A DNA stretch of 64,000 bases from a bacterium (GCA_030647355.1 JAUSIS010000013.1:48353-112352), one strand, 5' to 3'. Positions 46,512 to 57,643 are shown, counted from the first letter of the stretch. Notes: a model not told the origin generated them from the letters alone. Numbers and translations: made by a program.

Positions 46512-47726
46512 TTATTCGTATCTTAGAGCATCCAAAGGTTTCGTCTTAATCGCTCGATAAGCAGGGTAAAATCCTGTAAAAAATCCAATTACTATTGCGC
46601 CTAGAATCACAAACAGAACGAAAAGAGGTGTATAGGCATAAATAACCACCACATCGGCATGAGCCCGAATGGCTAAATACCTAAGAAAAATATTCAAACC
46701 ATGGCCAATCACCATACTAAGTAGAACCCCGAAAATTCCTCCCATAAAACCGATAGTAAGCGACTCCACAATAAAAAGCTTAAATATCTCTTTCTTCTTC
46801 ATTCCCAAAGTCTTCAGAAGCCCTACCTCTCTAATTCTCTCCATCAAGGAAATCGTTAAAGTATTAAAGGCACCCAGAGCCGCAACCACCAAAGCAACAA
46901 GCCCGAATCCACCTAAAACTAAGCGGAAAAGAGCAAAGACTTGTTCGATTTGCTTCACCGTGTCACCAACATACTCTGTAGAAAACCCAATGTTCTCTAT
47001 TGATTTCCTGACAGTCTCTTCTGATTCCCGATAGTCAATTTTAAGCTTCAAGGAAGTTCGGTTAACCACACCATAGCTATCAGCTAAACTCAGTGGAATA
47101 TAAATCATAGGATTCAAGTTATCATTAATTAATCCCACAACTGTCAAACGTTCAATAGTTTTGACAGTCGGACCATCAATTGCATCATAAGCTCGTAAGT
47201 CGCGCGGGATAATCAAGTCCAGCACCAATGGTTTCTGTGACAACGATTCCAGCTTCGGAGTTAAACCGAGAAATTTTACCAGTGCTTTATTTACTACCAC
47301 TTGATTCTTTGAAGTCTTCTCAAAGCTGTGACCTTCATTTATTAGCAAGTCAGCAACCCGGAAATAGTTCGGTTCGACTGCTTCAACAATTGTCTCTGTT
47401 GTTGATTTTTGGTTACTCATACGTATTCTACCAGCTAAATCAACAATTTGATCAACGGAAACCACATGGTTAACTTCTCGTATTCTTGCAATCGCTTCTG
47501 CATTTATCTTCCCAGTTTTCAAATTAGCCGACGGGATATCCATTGTAGTGTAAGCATCAAAATTTGCCACTTGGTTGGTAACCAGCTGCTGCAAACCAAA
47601 AGCGATTGAAACTAGAAAAACTATCGAAGCAATTCCAATCGTGACAGCGCCGATGGTTAAAAATGCTCTCATCCGATGCGACCACAAATTCTTCCAGGCA
47701 AATATAATAATGCTGTAGTTTCTCAT
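46512..47726 (-). CDS. ABC transporter permease (MacB/FtsX type)
   Basis: AWKNL..HRMR, ERIREVGLLKTLG, YPAYRA....P..ALRYE. Confidence 0.9.
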   Translation of the reverse strand: MRNYSIIIFAWKNLWSHRMRAFLTIGAVTIGIASIVFLVSIAFGLQQLVTNQVANFDAYTTMDIPSANLKTGKINAEAIARIREVNHVVSVDQIVDLAGRIRMSNQKSTTETIVEAVEPNYFRVADLLINEGHSFEKTSKNQVVVNKALVKFLGLTPKLESLSQKPLVLDLIIPRDLRAYDAIDGPTVKTIERLTVVGLINDNLNPMIYIPLSLADSYGVVNRTSLKLKIDYRESEETVRKSIENIGFSTEYVGDTVKQIEQVFALFRLVLGGFGLVALVVAALGAFNTLTISLMERIREVGLLKTLGMKKKEIFKLFIVESLTIGFMGGIFGVLLSMVIGHGLNIFLRYLAIRAHADVVVIYAYTPLFVLFVILGAIVIGFFTGFYPAYRAIKTKPLDALRYE

Positions 47727-48457
47727 GATTTCGTTCCTTCCAGGATAGAAGTTAAACGTTGGGTCTGGCTGTCTTGATTGATCAAACCGTCCTTCATGTC
47801 AATAGTTTGGCTGGCATACGGCAGGTAAATCAGGTTATGAGTTACCATGATAATCGTCCGCTTTTCCTGAATATTCAAACTCTGAAGCAAACCCATTACC
47901 TCATCGGCAGAGTGAGTATCAAGATTACCGGTAGGCTCATCCAAAACTAATATCTTCGGATCATGTATCAGCGCTCTTGCTAGACTTACGCGCTGCTGCT
48001 CGCCTCCCGATATTTCAGTTGGCCTGCGTTTAGCATATTTATCCATCCCAACTTGCTTCAGAAACTGCATAGCTCTTCCACTAGCCTCTTTATTAGATGA
48101 TCCTTGTATCATAAGCGGCAATGCCACATTCTCAACAACCGACAGTGACTTTACCCAAATCGGTTGCTGGTGAACGACTCCAAAAAATTCTGATCGTACC
48201 TTAGATCGCTCGTCCTCATTCATTTGATCAAGTCTTGAACCAAAAACCGAAATTTTGCCTTTACTAATCGTATCCAAACCGATTAAGCAATTCAAAAACG
48301 TTGACTTACCTGAACCCGAAGGTCCATATATGATAATAAAACTTCCCGGTACGATATCTACACTTATACCATGAAGTACTTCATAATCGGCCTCGCCTAT
48401 ATGGAAAGATTTTACAACTGACTCCGCCTTAATTATTGGTTTTTCTCCCTCCGCCAT
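47723..48457 (-). CDS. ABC transporter ATP-binding protein
   Basis: GPSGSGKST, SGGEQQR, LDEPTGNLD, VTH. Confidence 0.94.
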   Translation of the reverse strand: MAEGEKPIIKAESVVKSFHIGEADYEVLHGISVDIVPGSFIIIYGPSGSGKSTFLNCLIGLDTISKGKISVFGSRLDQMNEDERSKVRSEFFGVVHQQPIWVKSLSVVENVALPLMIQGSSNKEASGRAMQFLKQVGMDKYAKRRPTEISGGEQQRVSLARALIHDPKILVLDEPTGNLDTHSADEVMGLLQSLNIQEKRTIIMVTHNLIYLPYASQTIDMKDGLINQDSQTQRLTSILEGTKS

Positions 48458-48459
48458 TA

Positions 48460-51400
48460 CTATTTACTCCCAAAGAAAGGAACTCTCATTAGAAAACTCA
48501 ATGATCTCTCAAGTGAGTTCATGATCAAATCTAAAATTGAATTTTGCATCTTGCCAGTAATTGCTGTGGTATCCGCTGACATTGCCTGGTTGCCCGCCCT
48601 ATCTGCCGACAGCGCCCGTAGATGATAGAGTTGCGATGGCTTGAGATCAGAAACAATCACTACATGGTTCTTCGTCAATGTCCCGTCTTCCTGACTCCAA
48701 CCCCCATAACTATCAGAGGATATGCCAACTCCAAACTTGACTTGACTAGTAGCAACTTCATCGGTCTCCCAACTAACCACCATTTGTGCCTTCTGTCCCT
48801 GACCAGTGCCGCTCGCCCTGATCTCAACTGTCAAACTACTGATCTTCGGTGCCCTTGTATCCTCCGGTGTATCAAAGGTGTCCACAGCCGATATCACCGA
48901 ATTACCATACCGGTCCACACCCTCCACCTGGAATGTATAGGTGGTTTGATCAACCAGCTCCGATATAATCACCTCGTGATCAGTTTTATACTCGGCATCT
49001 GCCTTCGAAAGCGATCCGACTTTAGCAGCGCTATAACGCACAATCGATGTCGTTGGAACATTCGTGCTCCAAGTCATCTTCATTGACGAACTCACCGCAT
49101 CCCTAACCGATTCCTTAGTTACATGATTATCTAATATTCGTGGCCTGGTCAAAGTATCGAACTTATAATCATCGCTTAACAAAACATTGCCGTCGGCGTC
49201 TGTACCGCTGATTTGAATATGATAAGTTGAGGAATCGGTTAGATCAGTCAAATTAATTGAATGCCTTGTAGTTTGCGATCCCGACCGATCAGACACTATA
49301 CCTCCATAAGCAGTCGTCTTTCCAAAATAAATGGAAGATGTCGAAATCGTCGTTGACTGCCAACTTACCGTGGCCGAGCTCAAAGTAATATTAGAAATCT
49401 TCACATCGGATATTTTCGGTCTGGCGCTAGTAATGAAGGACATTGTCCCGCTTCTTCCCTGATTACCGTCTGAATCCACCCAAACCGCCTGATAATAGTA
49501 AGTCGTCTCCGGAAACAATCCTCTAAGCGTCACGCTATGCTTCTCCACGCTGTTGAGAAGCCCAACTGTATCTCCGCCCAACTCTTCACCCAATCTACTT
49601 GCGCTTGTGCCGTATTCAATAAAACTCGAGGAGCTCCTATCGGTTTCCCAAGCAATTGTCGCTGAAAAAGACTTGACATCAACACTCGGCCCATCGGTCA
49701 AATTTGGCGGCTGAGTATATCTGCCGGTTGGTGTTATCGTGAGAGGAGGGCTGGTGGGAGCTGACAACTGTCCCGCGTTATCTTTTGATTTGACATAATA
49801 GTAATAGAGGCGCGATTCCAATCCGGTATCGGCATAGCTGATACCGGCATCTGATCCATTGTTGCTTCCGATTGCAGTAAAACTCGTACCGTTTATTGAG
49901 CGGTAAATAGTGTAACCGTCGAAACCGGCACCTTTATCGGTGGGAGCGGTCCATTTTAAGCTAATTGCATACTCTTGCGTGTCGCGGTTGGAAATGTCAA
50001 AAATCTGCAAAGCCGTAGGAGCGCCGGGCGCGGATGTATTGGCAGTAAATGTAACTTTCGCGCAACCGTCAACATCCGGATTTCCTGAAATACTCTGGCA
50101 GGAGGTAAAGTCAGGCGCGCCTGCCATGTCATCGGCGATAACATAGAATATATTTTCACCCTGCTGGGTGGCAAAGGCATCCGGACCGACCGTTTCCACA
50201 TTGCCCGCTACCCAGTTGGAACTGATTATGGGGTAGGTGTTAACCGAGTAATAATAGCGTTCAATTGAGTCGCTGTAAGTGGTTGGCGGATCCCAAGTAA
50301 AGGTAAATAAGTTTGTGGCTGATGAATCAGGACTTGCATCCAAGGTGTTCGGTGCGGATGGCGCGTTGGCGTTGAAGAAAAAGTTCACCTGCACCGGCGA
50401 TTCATCGTAATTGCCCAGATCGGGCGTATTACCGTTATTGGCATCATCAACCGCCCGAAGATAAAAGATGTTAATTCCCGTTGTGGCCGCATTAGTCAGT
50501 TCGATACTTCCGCTGGATATAATTGATGACCATGCGCCCGAGTTGACTTTGTATTGATAACCGCGCAAACCTGCTCCGCCCGTATCGGTTGCCGCATTCA
50601 CTCCCGTTGTCGGCCACAAGAAGGTAAAGTTATTCGTTCGCGAATAGTTGGGGGGCGTTGCGGTGACATACACCGGGGATGTCGGGTCAACGTTGTCAAA
50701 ATGGTATGTGAAAATGGTTGTTCCCGCGGCGGTTTCTCCGGCATAATCCTGAGTGGATATGCGCAGATAATATGTGCCCGCGGTAGTCAGCGATCCGGTA
50801 TAATTGGTATTTGCCGCTCCGGCCTGATATGTGCCCGCGATAGTCGGGTCGGCCGTATTCGATGTGCCGAAATACAGCCAGTAACCGGCAATGCCCGATG
50901 TATCCGGCCCGCCATTATCAATTGGTTGCGTCCATTCAAAATAAGGAGTGGCATAGTTATAATGATCTGTCGCCAGCTGGCTTAGTGAATTCACCTTTCC
51001 GCTTGTATCCCACCCGCTGGCGGAATCAACTGCTGGATTATTCGGATCGGCGGTATCAACAATGTAGGTTAAAGTCACTGAAGTTAATGTTGATTGCCCT
51101 GTGCCGGTAGAATGCAAAAACGCCTTCCATTTGAAAGTCCGCTGATTTGTTCCGGCTGTAAAGTTAAAAAGGGCAAACTGGGTATTTAATTCCGCCGCCG
51201 TGTTGCTGTTGCCGTATGTTTCACCGGTTGTCGCCCAAGCGCTGCCGTTATGCCAATACCACGTTGTGCCGCCGTCCGGGGAAACTTGAAATTCTACCGT
51301 GCCGGTTGTCACTGCAGAAAAACCTTGCGCCACGCTATAACTGACAGTCGCATTCGGGTAAATAGTTGGGTTATCGGTCGCATAGGCCCCGGCTACTGCT

Positions 51401-52680
51401 CCCATAGTTATTGTCAAATTAGTTGCGTTTTGGACATAAGAGAATAATGCATCAACTATTCCATAACCTTGTATCATAAATCCTAAGCCATACACACTAT
51501 AGATTGGAAAGTTTGACCCATTTGTTTCGTCATAATCAACCGTACCCAGTAAATCGCCGTCGCGGTAAAATTTTAGTGCCCCCAACTCAGCCCCACCAAC
51601 AATTTTATAAATATGGAAATAATCGTCCGTGTCTGGATCACCGGAAAGGGCATATGGCCCATAATCAACCCACGCTTCCCCGGAACCTGTATCCGCTGTT
51701 ATAGTTCCACCCGGACCATTATTTAAGTTAATATCAATACAGCCATTCCCAAAAGTGCACGTTGTTGTTGGTGGATTTATCGGCCAAGCTGTCTCATCAT
51801 AATCCAATACTCCTAACTTAAAGGTTTGTCCACTGGTAGCGGTCGGTCTCGCCTTAAATACCCAAGCCCGCTCTGTAGTATAATAATATCCTAATGGACC
51901 ATATAAATGATCACCGCCGGCATCAAGCGTCGCCAGATCGCCCTCGGTTCCACTAAATACCACCCCGGTTTTATAACCGACCGGGTAAGGATCCCAAGTG
52001 CTGCCTAAACCTTCCCAGCCGTTGCCATTAAAAGTCGTGGAAATATTGCTCGTAGTTGACACCCCTGTCTTGCCGTAATACATATAAATTGTTGTTGTTG
52101 TATAACCTGCTATAACGACCGGCACTTCCACATAAATTGTTGCTTCCGTTGATGGGCGATAGTCGGCAATATAGTAAGAAATTTCTTCCCCGCCATTGCT
52201 TTTAGTAAATCTGATATCCGAACCGTCAGCTTGTGCATAAGTAAAAACACTGCTAAAACCGGTTGTGTCCTCGTTAATCTCAATAACTTGGTTAGCGGCA
52301 ATATCTACCCCGGCATTGTTAATGGTGATTGGCTGCCGATAAGTCCAGCCGGACAGCCAGGCTAGTCCTCCTCCCGCCTTCAACTGCGCCGTGCCGGTTA
52401 CGATCTCGATTTTATCTGAATCATAATTATAAATGCCGGAACCCAGAGTCCAGCTATTGGTTGAAGCCCTTGCTCTCTGAAAAGGCACTACCAAATTAGC
52501 AGCAACAAAACTAAGCATCGTCACAATCGTAATAAACAAAACCCCTGCGTGCACATTTTTGTGGTGTTTATTGTGATGCCATCTGTGATAATACGAAGAC
52601 TTAGAACACAAAAAACTATGTGCCTTATGGAGATGCTTTATCTTAGGTGTTGAGCAATCCTGGTGCTCGCAGTATGCCAG
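48460..52680 (-). CDS. large surface protein with DUF2341-like and multiple FN3/Ig-like domains (proposed CTG start at 52680; ORF track start 52611)
   Basis: WTYRQPITI..DGSDIRF, repeated W.T...TS.I.YG FN3 units; His-rich N-terminus then TM. Confidence 0.82.
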   Translation of the reverse strand: MAYCEHQDCSTPKIKHLHKAHSFLCSKSSYYHRWHHNKHHKNVHAGVLFITIVTMLSFVAANLVVPFQRARASTNSWTLGSGIYNYDSDKIEIVTGTAQLKAGGGLAWLSGWTYRQPITINNAGVDIAANQVIEINEDTTGFSSVFTYAQADGSDIRFTKSNGGEEISYYIADYRPSTEATIYVEVPVVIAGYTTTTIYMYYGKTGVSTTSNISTTFNGNGWEGLGSTWDPYPVGYKTGVVFSGTEGDLATLDAGGDHLYGPLGYYYTTERAWVFKARPTATSGQTFKLGVLDYDETAWPINPPTTTCTFGNGCIDINLNNGPGGTITADTGSGEAWVDYGPYALSGDPDTDDYFHIYKIVGGAELGALKFYRDGDLLGTVDYDETNGSNFPIYSVYGLGFMIQGYGIVDALFSYVQNATNLTITMGAVAGAYATDNPTIYPNATVSYSVAQGFSAVTTGTVEFQVSPDGGTTWYWHNGSAWATTGETYGNSNTAAELNTQFALFNFTAGTNQRTFKWKAFLHSTGTGQSTLTSVTLTYIVDTADPNNPAVDSASGWDTSGKVNSLSQLATDHYNYATPYFEWTQPIDNGGPDTSGIAGYWLYFGTSNTADPTIAGTYQAGAANTNYTGSLTTAGTYYLRISTQDYAGETAAGTTIFTYHFDNVDPTSPVYVTATPPNYSRTNNFTFLWPTTGVNAATDTGGAGLRGYQYKVNSGAWSSIISSGSIELTNAATTGINIFYLRAVDDANNGNTPDLGNYDESPVQVNFFFNANAPSAPNTLDASPDSSATNLFTFTWDPPTTYSDSIERYYYSVNTYPIISSNWVAGNVETVGPDAFATQQGENIFYVIADDMAGAPDFTSCQSISGNPDVDGCAKVTFTANTSAPGAPTALQIFDISNRDTQEYAISLKWTAPTDKGAGFDGYTIYRSINGTSFTAIGSNNGSDAGISYADTGLESRLYYYYVKSKDNAGQLSAPTSPPLTITPTGRYTQPPNLTDGPSVDVKSFSATIAWETDRSSSSFIEYGTSASRLGEELGGDTVGLLNSVEKHSVTLRGLFPETTYYYQAVWVDSDGNQGRSGTMSFITSARPKISDVKISNITLSSATVSWQSTTISTSSIYFGKTTAYGGIVSDRSGSQTTRHSINLTDLTDSSTYHIQISGTDADGNVLLSDDYKFDTLTRPRILDNHVTKESVRDAVSSSMKMTWSTNVPTTSIVRYSAAKVGSLSKADAEYKTDHEVIISELVDQTTYTFQVEGVDRYGNSVISAVDTFDTPEDTRAPKISSLTVEIRASGTGQGQKAQMVVSWETDEVATSQVKFGVGISSDSYGGWSQEDGTLTKNHVVIVSDLKPSQLYHLRALSADRAGNQAMSADTTAITGKMQNSILDLIMNSLERSLSFLMRVPFFGSK

Positions 52681-52817
52681 CTTTCCCTCCTTTGCTATTC
52701 TATCTTACAGAAGTTAATTCTGCCCGTCAACTGTTGAAAACCTGAAGGCAAACCGACGAAAACGGCCTTTCCTCCAATCAAGAATCAACAAGATAGCTGA
52801 AAAACTGCAAAAAGCTT

Positions 52818-53050
52818 CTAAATTTATTCTTCGAGTGTCGAACCGTGCGGAACAAAACTTATTCTTCGAGCGATCGGACTGTGCGGAAACTAAATTTATT
52901 CACCGAGCAGTCGAACACTACGGAAACTAAATTTATTCTTCGAGCGATCCGCCAACTGGCGGAAACTAAATTTATTCACCGAGCAGTCGAACACTACGGA
53001 AACTAAATTTATTCTTCGAGCGATCCGCCAACTGGCGGAGAGTCGAGAAG
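52818..53050. repeat. tandem array of six 35-39-bp degenerate units ending in a REP-like element
   Basis: Units CTAAATTTATTC...CGGAAA start at 52818, 52853, 52890, 52927, 52966, 53003; units 3+4 duplicated as 5+6. Confidence 0.85.
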
Positions 53051-53147
53051 TTACAATCATCAGTTCTCAACCCTTCGACCATACTCGGGGTAAACAAGCT
53101 CGAACAATAAGAATATTCCGGATTCTTCGGGGCATCGATAGGAAGTC

Positions 53148-53699
53148 CTATTTTATTGCATTAAGAAACTCATTCCGAGTCGAAGCAGATGTCAGGAAAA
53201 ATCCTCGAAGTGAAGTAGTAACTAGAGTTGAGTGTTGTTTACTCACCCCCCTCATCCGCATACAAAAATGTTCCGCCTCTATCTGCACCGCCACACCTAG
53301 CGGCTTGAGAATATCTTCTAAAGAATCGGCAATCTCATCCGTCAATCTCTCTTGTATCTGTGCCCTTCTGGCATAGATCTCCATGAGTCTGGCAAGTTTT
53401 GAAATCCCGATCACTTTCTTATCCGGTAAATATGCAATATGACACTTTCCAACAAAAGGTAAAAGATGATGTTCGCACATCGAATACAGCTCAACATCCT
53501 TCAGTAAAACCATGCCCGTATAACCCGCGTGATCAAAAACTGTCAAAACCTTCTTCGGGTCTTTACCATACCCGCTGTACAGCTCCTTCCAACTATTAAT
53601 TATTCGCTTCGGCGTATACCGTAACCCCTCTCTGTCTGGATCTTCACCAATGTGCTTAAGTATCTCCTTAATCATTTTTTCGTATTTATTCTCATCCAT
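53148..53699 (-). CDS. folE: GTP cyclohydrolase I
   Basis: [40 protein letters not shown]. Confidence 0.96.
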   Translation of the reverse strand: MDENKYEKMIKEILKHIGEDPDREGLRYTPKRIINSWKELYSGYGKDPKKVLTVFDHAGYTGMVLLKDVELYSMCEHHLLPFVGKCHIAYLPDKKVIGISKLARLMEIYARRAQIQERLTDEIADSLEDILKPLGVAVQIEAEHFCMRMRGVSKQHSTLVTTSLRGFFLTSASTRNEFLNAIK

Positions 53700-53846
53700 A
53701 TTTTCCTTTCCTGCCGACTATACCATAATTGAAAATAGAATTTAACATAAAACACAATACTAACCGCAAATTGAAAGAGAAACCATACACTTGGCCTACT
53801 TGTAATACAAACTATAACAAGATAAAATAATATAAAAGGAGATCTT

Positions 53847-54236
53847 GTGACTGAAAATCCGGCCTCAGCCCCAAAAACAAAACCGGAAGAACCCAAGAAG
53901 ACACTAGCCCCCAAACCAACTACTGGCTCCAGCGATGTCGAGGAAAACAAAGCCCTAGCGGCGATCAGTTATATCGGCATCCTGTTTATCATCCCCATGG
54001 CAATTAAAAAAGACTCTGCCTTTGCCATGTACCACGCCAAGCAGGGAATGATCCTGTTCATATTTGAAGTCATTATCTATGCCCTAAATTGGATGCCATT
54101 CTTCGGAGATTTCCTCTATTGGATCGGTGGCCTTCTCGCCTTCGTCCTATTTATCATCGGCTTAATTAATGCCCTCAATGGCCAAACCAAACCACTGCCT
54201 GTCATCGGCTCTTTTGCCGGCAAAATTAACGTCTAG
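53847..54236 (+). CDS. DUF4870-like membrane protein
   Basis: ENKALAAISYIG, FA.YHAKQG, NALNG..KPLPVIG. Confidence 0.75.
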   Translation: MTENPASAPKTKPEEPKKTLAPKPTTGSSDVEENKALAAISYIGILFIIPMAIKKDSAFAMYHAKQGMILFIFEVIIYALNWMPFFGDFLYWIGGLLAFVLFIIGLINALNGQTKPLPVIGSFAGKINV

Positions 54237-54493
54237 TAACTCAAAACAAATTACCAAGTAGCCGTAACTAGATGATTTCAAATTTGTGGTTTTGACAGTG
54301 AGAGCGAAAAAGCGCCAACCTTATCGCCAGTTACAAGTAAAAAGCGACATTAAATGTAATCCGTCAGCCAGAAAAGAAAAACTACTACTTTTTTTTATTT
54401 ACTTTTGTTTCATACTTTTGTTTTATTTCAACTAATGTATACTAATAATATATAATGTACAACGTATACTGATAATATAATTTATTTTCGCCA

Positions 54494-57400
54494 ATGAAAG
54501 AGGGGAATTATATGTTCAATTTTAACCGGCACTTTTCTTTAAAAAGTAAAACTCGGCTGATTCTTTCCTTGATTTTAGTAATAGTCTGTCTCTGGAGCAT
54601 TAATCAGCTTTTTTTTAAGGCGGATGAGATTGGTCATCCCTCGATACTCCTCCCAGTCAATAATTCCTATCTTACATATGTTAATAACCCTCTCATTCAA
54701 GGCACCGCCACCGCTGGTGCTAATCTTTCTGTTTTGGACAATGATACCGCTATTGGCAGTATAACTACCGAAGCCAGCGGCCATTTTTATTATAAACCAA
54801 CAGCCGGTTTTACTGAAGGCGTTCATAAATTGCAAGTTCGAGATAACACCCTCGGTTTAAACTCTGACGCTATTTATATAAAAATTAACACAGCCGATCC
54901 CGGTAAGGCGATCCTAAAAGCCCAGGGTACGCAAATTATTGAAAATGATCATCCTTATTACGGTAACGGTATAAATCAATATAACGCAATTGTAAAAATG
55001 ATGGGTGATCCGGCTGGGGTGGAAGCTGATTTTGCCAAAGCGGAAAAAGCTGGCGTCAAGATGGTAAGGATTATTAACTATACTCTTGACGATATGGTGT
55101 TACCAAATCCAACCAGCGCTCCCACGGCGATAGTTGGGTCAGGCGGGACTATGGCTGCAGGCAATTATGTTTATCGCTATACCTGTGCAAATTTAAGCAA
55201 AGATGTATTTGCCTATAATACGGCCGAGACACTGCCCAGCCCCGCCACATCATCCATTGCTGTTGGCAGTGGGCAAAAAGTCACTCTTTCGCTGGCACCA
55301 TGTGCTAAATCTTATCGCTATGAAGTTTATCGTCGGTTGGCATCTGGTGCGTCAAACACCGAAGCTTTTCTTGGAGAGGCCTCGCAGATCGCCGGCCAAC
55401 AAGCCACTTATACAGACGATGGAAGCAAAACCCCTTCGCACGGACTACCCGCCAGCAACCAAACCCAAAATAATCCAAGATCAACCTGGCCGACCAACCA
55501 AAGTAAAGCTTTTATGACCGGTTTTGGCAACTGGAACGAAGATGCGCTGGTTGCCTCTGACAAGACAATGGCTTTGGCAAAAAAGTATAATATTCGTATT
55601 CTTTTTACCTTTATTGATCAGCATGATAATAATACCGGCGGCGTCAGGGACATTGCCCGAAACTGCGCCGTGGGAAATAGCGAATTTTTTGCCAATGATT
55701 GCTCAAAAAACATGAATAAAGAAATTATTAGTAAGTTTCTAAACAGGACTAACACCATAACAGGGATAAACTACAAAGATGACCCGGCAATTTTTTCTTG
55801 GGAATTAATCAACGAACCATGGGAAACTAATGGCGGAAATGGTTTTAGGTGGTGGATAAATGAAATTGGGGGTTATCTTAAAACAATCGATTCAAAACAC
55901 ATGCTGTCTTCAGGAGACGACGGCAGCGTCTGGTTTACTCACAATGAAGAGGCTGCATATAATACAAATAATGCTCATGATTTTGTTTTGGATGGGACAC
56001 CTAGCGTTATAGATCTTTTAACATTTCACGGTTATCCGGAATCAAACGGATTTGTATTTAATCACGGATCTTATGGTACATTTACTCCTACCGCTGAATG
56101 GTTGGATAAATGGGGGCCGGTTTCAGGGCCAATTGATATTGCCGGCTCAATCAAAGAAATGCAAAGACGGGCTCATTACGCTAATTTATTAAATAAACCA
56201 GTGGTTTTTGGGGAATGGGGGCTTAACCAATCGCCGGAAAATAATTGGTTGAAGCCTGAAGCAAATGATTGGATTAATGGTATTTCCAATGCCATATTAA
56301 CCATCAAACCCGACTTAGTAAGGGGAAACGATGCCTTCTCTGATGGTAACTTTAGCCGGCCAATAAGTGATACGTGGAATGTTGGAGATTATACGGCAAG
56401 TCTGGCTATTGATAACACCGTAACCAATAATAATCATCCGACATTAAAAATTACTACTAAAGCAGACCCAAGGGGCGGTTCGGCAAGTAGAGTATCTAGT
56501 AAAATATTTCCCATAAAACCAAATACAAAATATTGGTATGAGTTTACCGGCAAAAATCCCTCCTCCAGAACATTAGAATTCAATCTCCAATATTATAACG
56601 GCAGTGTCGCCAAAGATTTAATTTGGGGATATGGTGGTAGTATTGCCAGCGGTACCAATAGCTGGAGAACACTTACCCGGTTTGATAATAGTTTATGCGA
56701 ATTTACTACTCCCGCAGATGTGGATGGGGCAGTTATTTTACTGAATATGATTAATGGAATACCTGGCGATACGGCTTGGATAGGGCAGTTGAGGTTGTAC
56801 GAATTAACAGAACCAACGGCAAGCAATAATTCCACTTTTGCCTCAACCGGCTGGTGGGGTGTTGATTTGGATTATTCAATGGATGCATTAGCGATGGCGG
56901 CTAGGAATTTTGAAATAGCCAGCTATGCCGGATTACCTCCTATTTCTCCCCCCACACCTGATACTACGGCTCCCACTACCGCCATTACCACCCCGACTAA
57001 CAACGCTTCTGTCTCGAGTACGGCGACGATTATGGCTTCCGCGTCCGATGCTGTTGGAGTAACGAAAGTAGAGTTTTATGAAAACAATAATCTGATCTCT
57101 TCTAAGACGACCTCTCCATTCTCGGTTACATGGGACACTACCAAAGTCACCAATGGCTCACATGTCTTAAATACTAAGGCCTACGATGGGGCTAATAATG
57201 TTGGCACTTCGCCGACTGTTGCTGTTACAGTAGCCAATACTACCAATCCTACCGATACTACTCCTCCGACAGTTTCTATTACGTCTCCCTTAAACAATGC
57301 TACGATTACAATAAGGACCAAAATCAATATTACGGCTTCTGCTACCGATAATGTACAAGTCACCAAAGTCGAGTTTTACATCAATGGTTCTCTTAAAACC

Positions 57401-57544
57401 ACCAATACGATTTCTCCTTACTCATACTCCTGGAACACCAGAGGCAAACGTATCTCTGCCGGTACTTACACTATCATTGCTAAGGCCTATGATGCCGCCG
57501 GTAATGTTGGCCAAAAATCCATCGTTGTTACCTTGACTAAATAA
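54494..57544 (+). CDS. secreted GH5 (mannanase-like) glycoside hydrolase with inserted domains and C-terminal Ig-like repeats
   Basis: R.NTITG..YKDDPAIFSWELINEP, TFHGYP, KPVVFGEWG; DTTAPT..ITTP Ig repeats. Confidence 0.82.
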   Translation: MKEGNYMFNFNRHFSLKSKTRLILSLILVIVCLWSINQLFFKADEIGHPSILLPVNNSYLTYVNNPLIQGTATAGANLSVLDNDTAIGSITTEASGHFYYKPTAGFTEGVHKLQVRDNTLGLNSDAIYIKINTADPGKAILKAQGTQIIENDHPYYGNGINQYNAIVKMMGDPAGVEADFAKAEKAGVKMVRIINYTLDDMVLPNPTSAPTAIVGSGGTMAAGNYVYRYTCANLSKDVFAYNTAETLPSPATSSIAVGSGQKVTLSLAPCAKSYRYEVYRRLASGASNTEAFLGEASQIAGQQATYTDDGSKTPSHGLPASNQTQNNPRSTWPTNQSKAFMTGFGNWNEDALVASDKTMALAKKYNIRILFTFIDQHDNNTGGVRDIARNCAVGNSEFFANDCSKNMNKEIISKFLNRTNTITGINYKDDPAIFSWELINEPWETNGGNGFRWWINEIGGYLKTIDSKHMLSSGDDGSVWFTHNEEAAYNTNNAHDFVLDGTPSVIDLLTFHGYPESNGFVFNHGSYGTFTPTAEWLDKWGPVSGPIDIAGSIKEMQRRAHYANLLNKPVVFGEWGLNQSPENNWLKPEANDWINGISNAILTIKPDLVRGNDAFSDGNFSRPISDTWNVGDYTASLAIDNTVTNNNHPTLKITTKADPRGGSASRVSSKIFPIKPNTKYWYEFTGKNPSSRTLEFNLQYYNGSVAKDLIWGYGGSIASGTNSWRTLTRFDNSLCEFTTPADVDGAVILLNMINGIPGDTAWIGQLRLYELTEPTASNNSTFASTGWWGVDLDYSMDALAMAARNFEIASYAGLPPISPPTPDTTAPTTAITTPTNNASVSSTATIMASASDAVGVTKVEFYENNNLISSKTTSPFSVTWDTTKVTNGSHVLNTKAYDGANNVGTSPTVAVTVANTTNPTDTTPPTVSITSPLNNATITIRTKINITASATDNVQVTKVEFYINGSLKTTNTISPYSYSWNTRGKRISAGTYTIIAKAYDAAGNVGQKSIVVTLTK

Positions 57545-57643
57545 ACCGATAAACCGACCCTCACTATTAGACTCATTTCGAACCGCTAAAAAAATAGCAA
57601 TTCACAGATTGGAAGTACGCAAAATCGGACTTATCGTCCAACT

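Noticed and set aside
50971-51025. Further palindrome copies in the large surface protein gene
   Set aside because: Only partial matches (CGCCAGCTGGC; CGCTGGCGGA) in a GC-richer gene; could be chance.
52746-52772. c-di-GMP-I riboswitch (GGCAAACC...GAAA)
   Set aside because: The downstream GACGCAAAG motif and second stem are missing, and it faces away from the adjacent gene.
52818-53050. CRISPR array
   Set aside because: The variable parts are short (~20 nt), related to each other and duplicated; no cas1 or effector genes are in the window.
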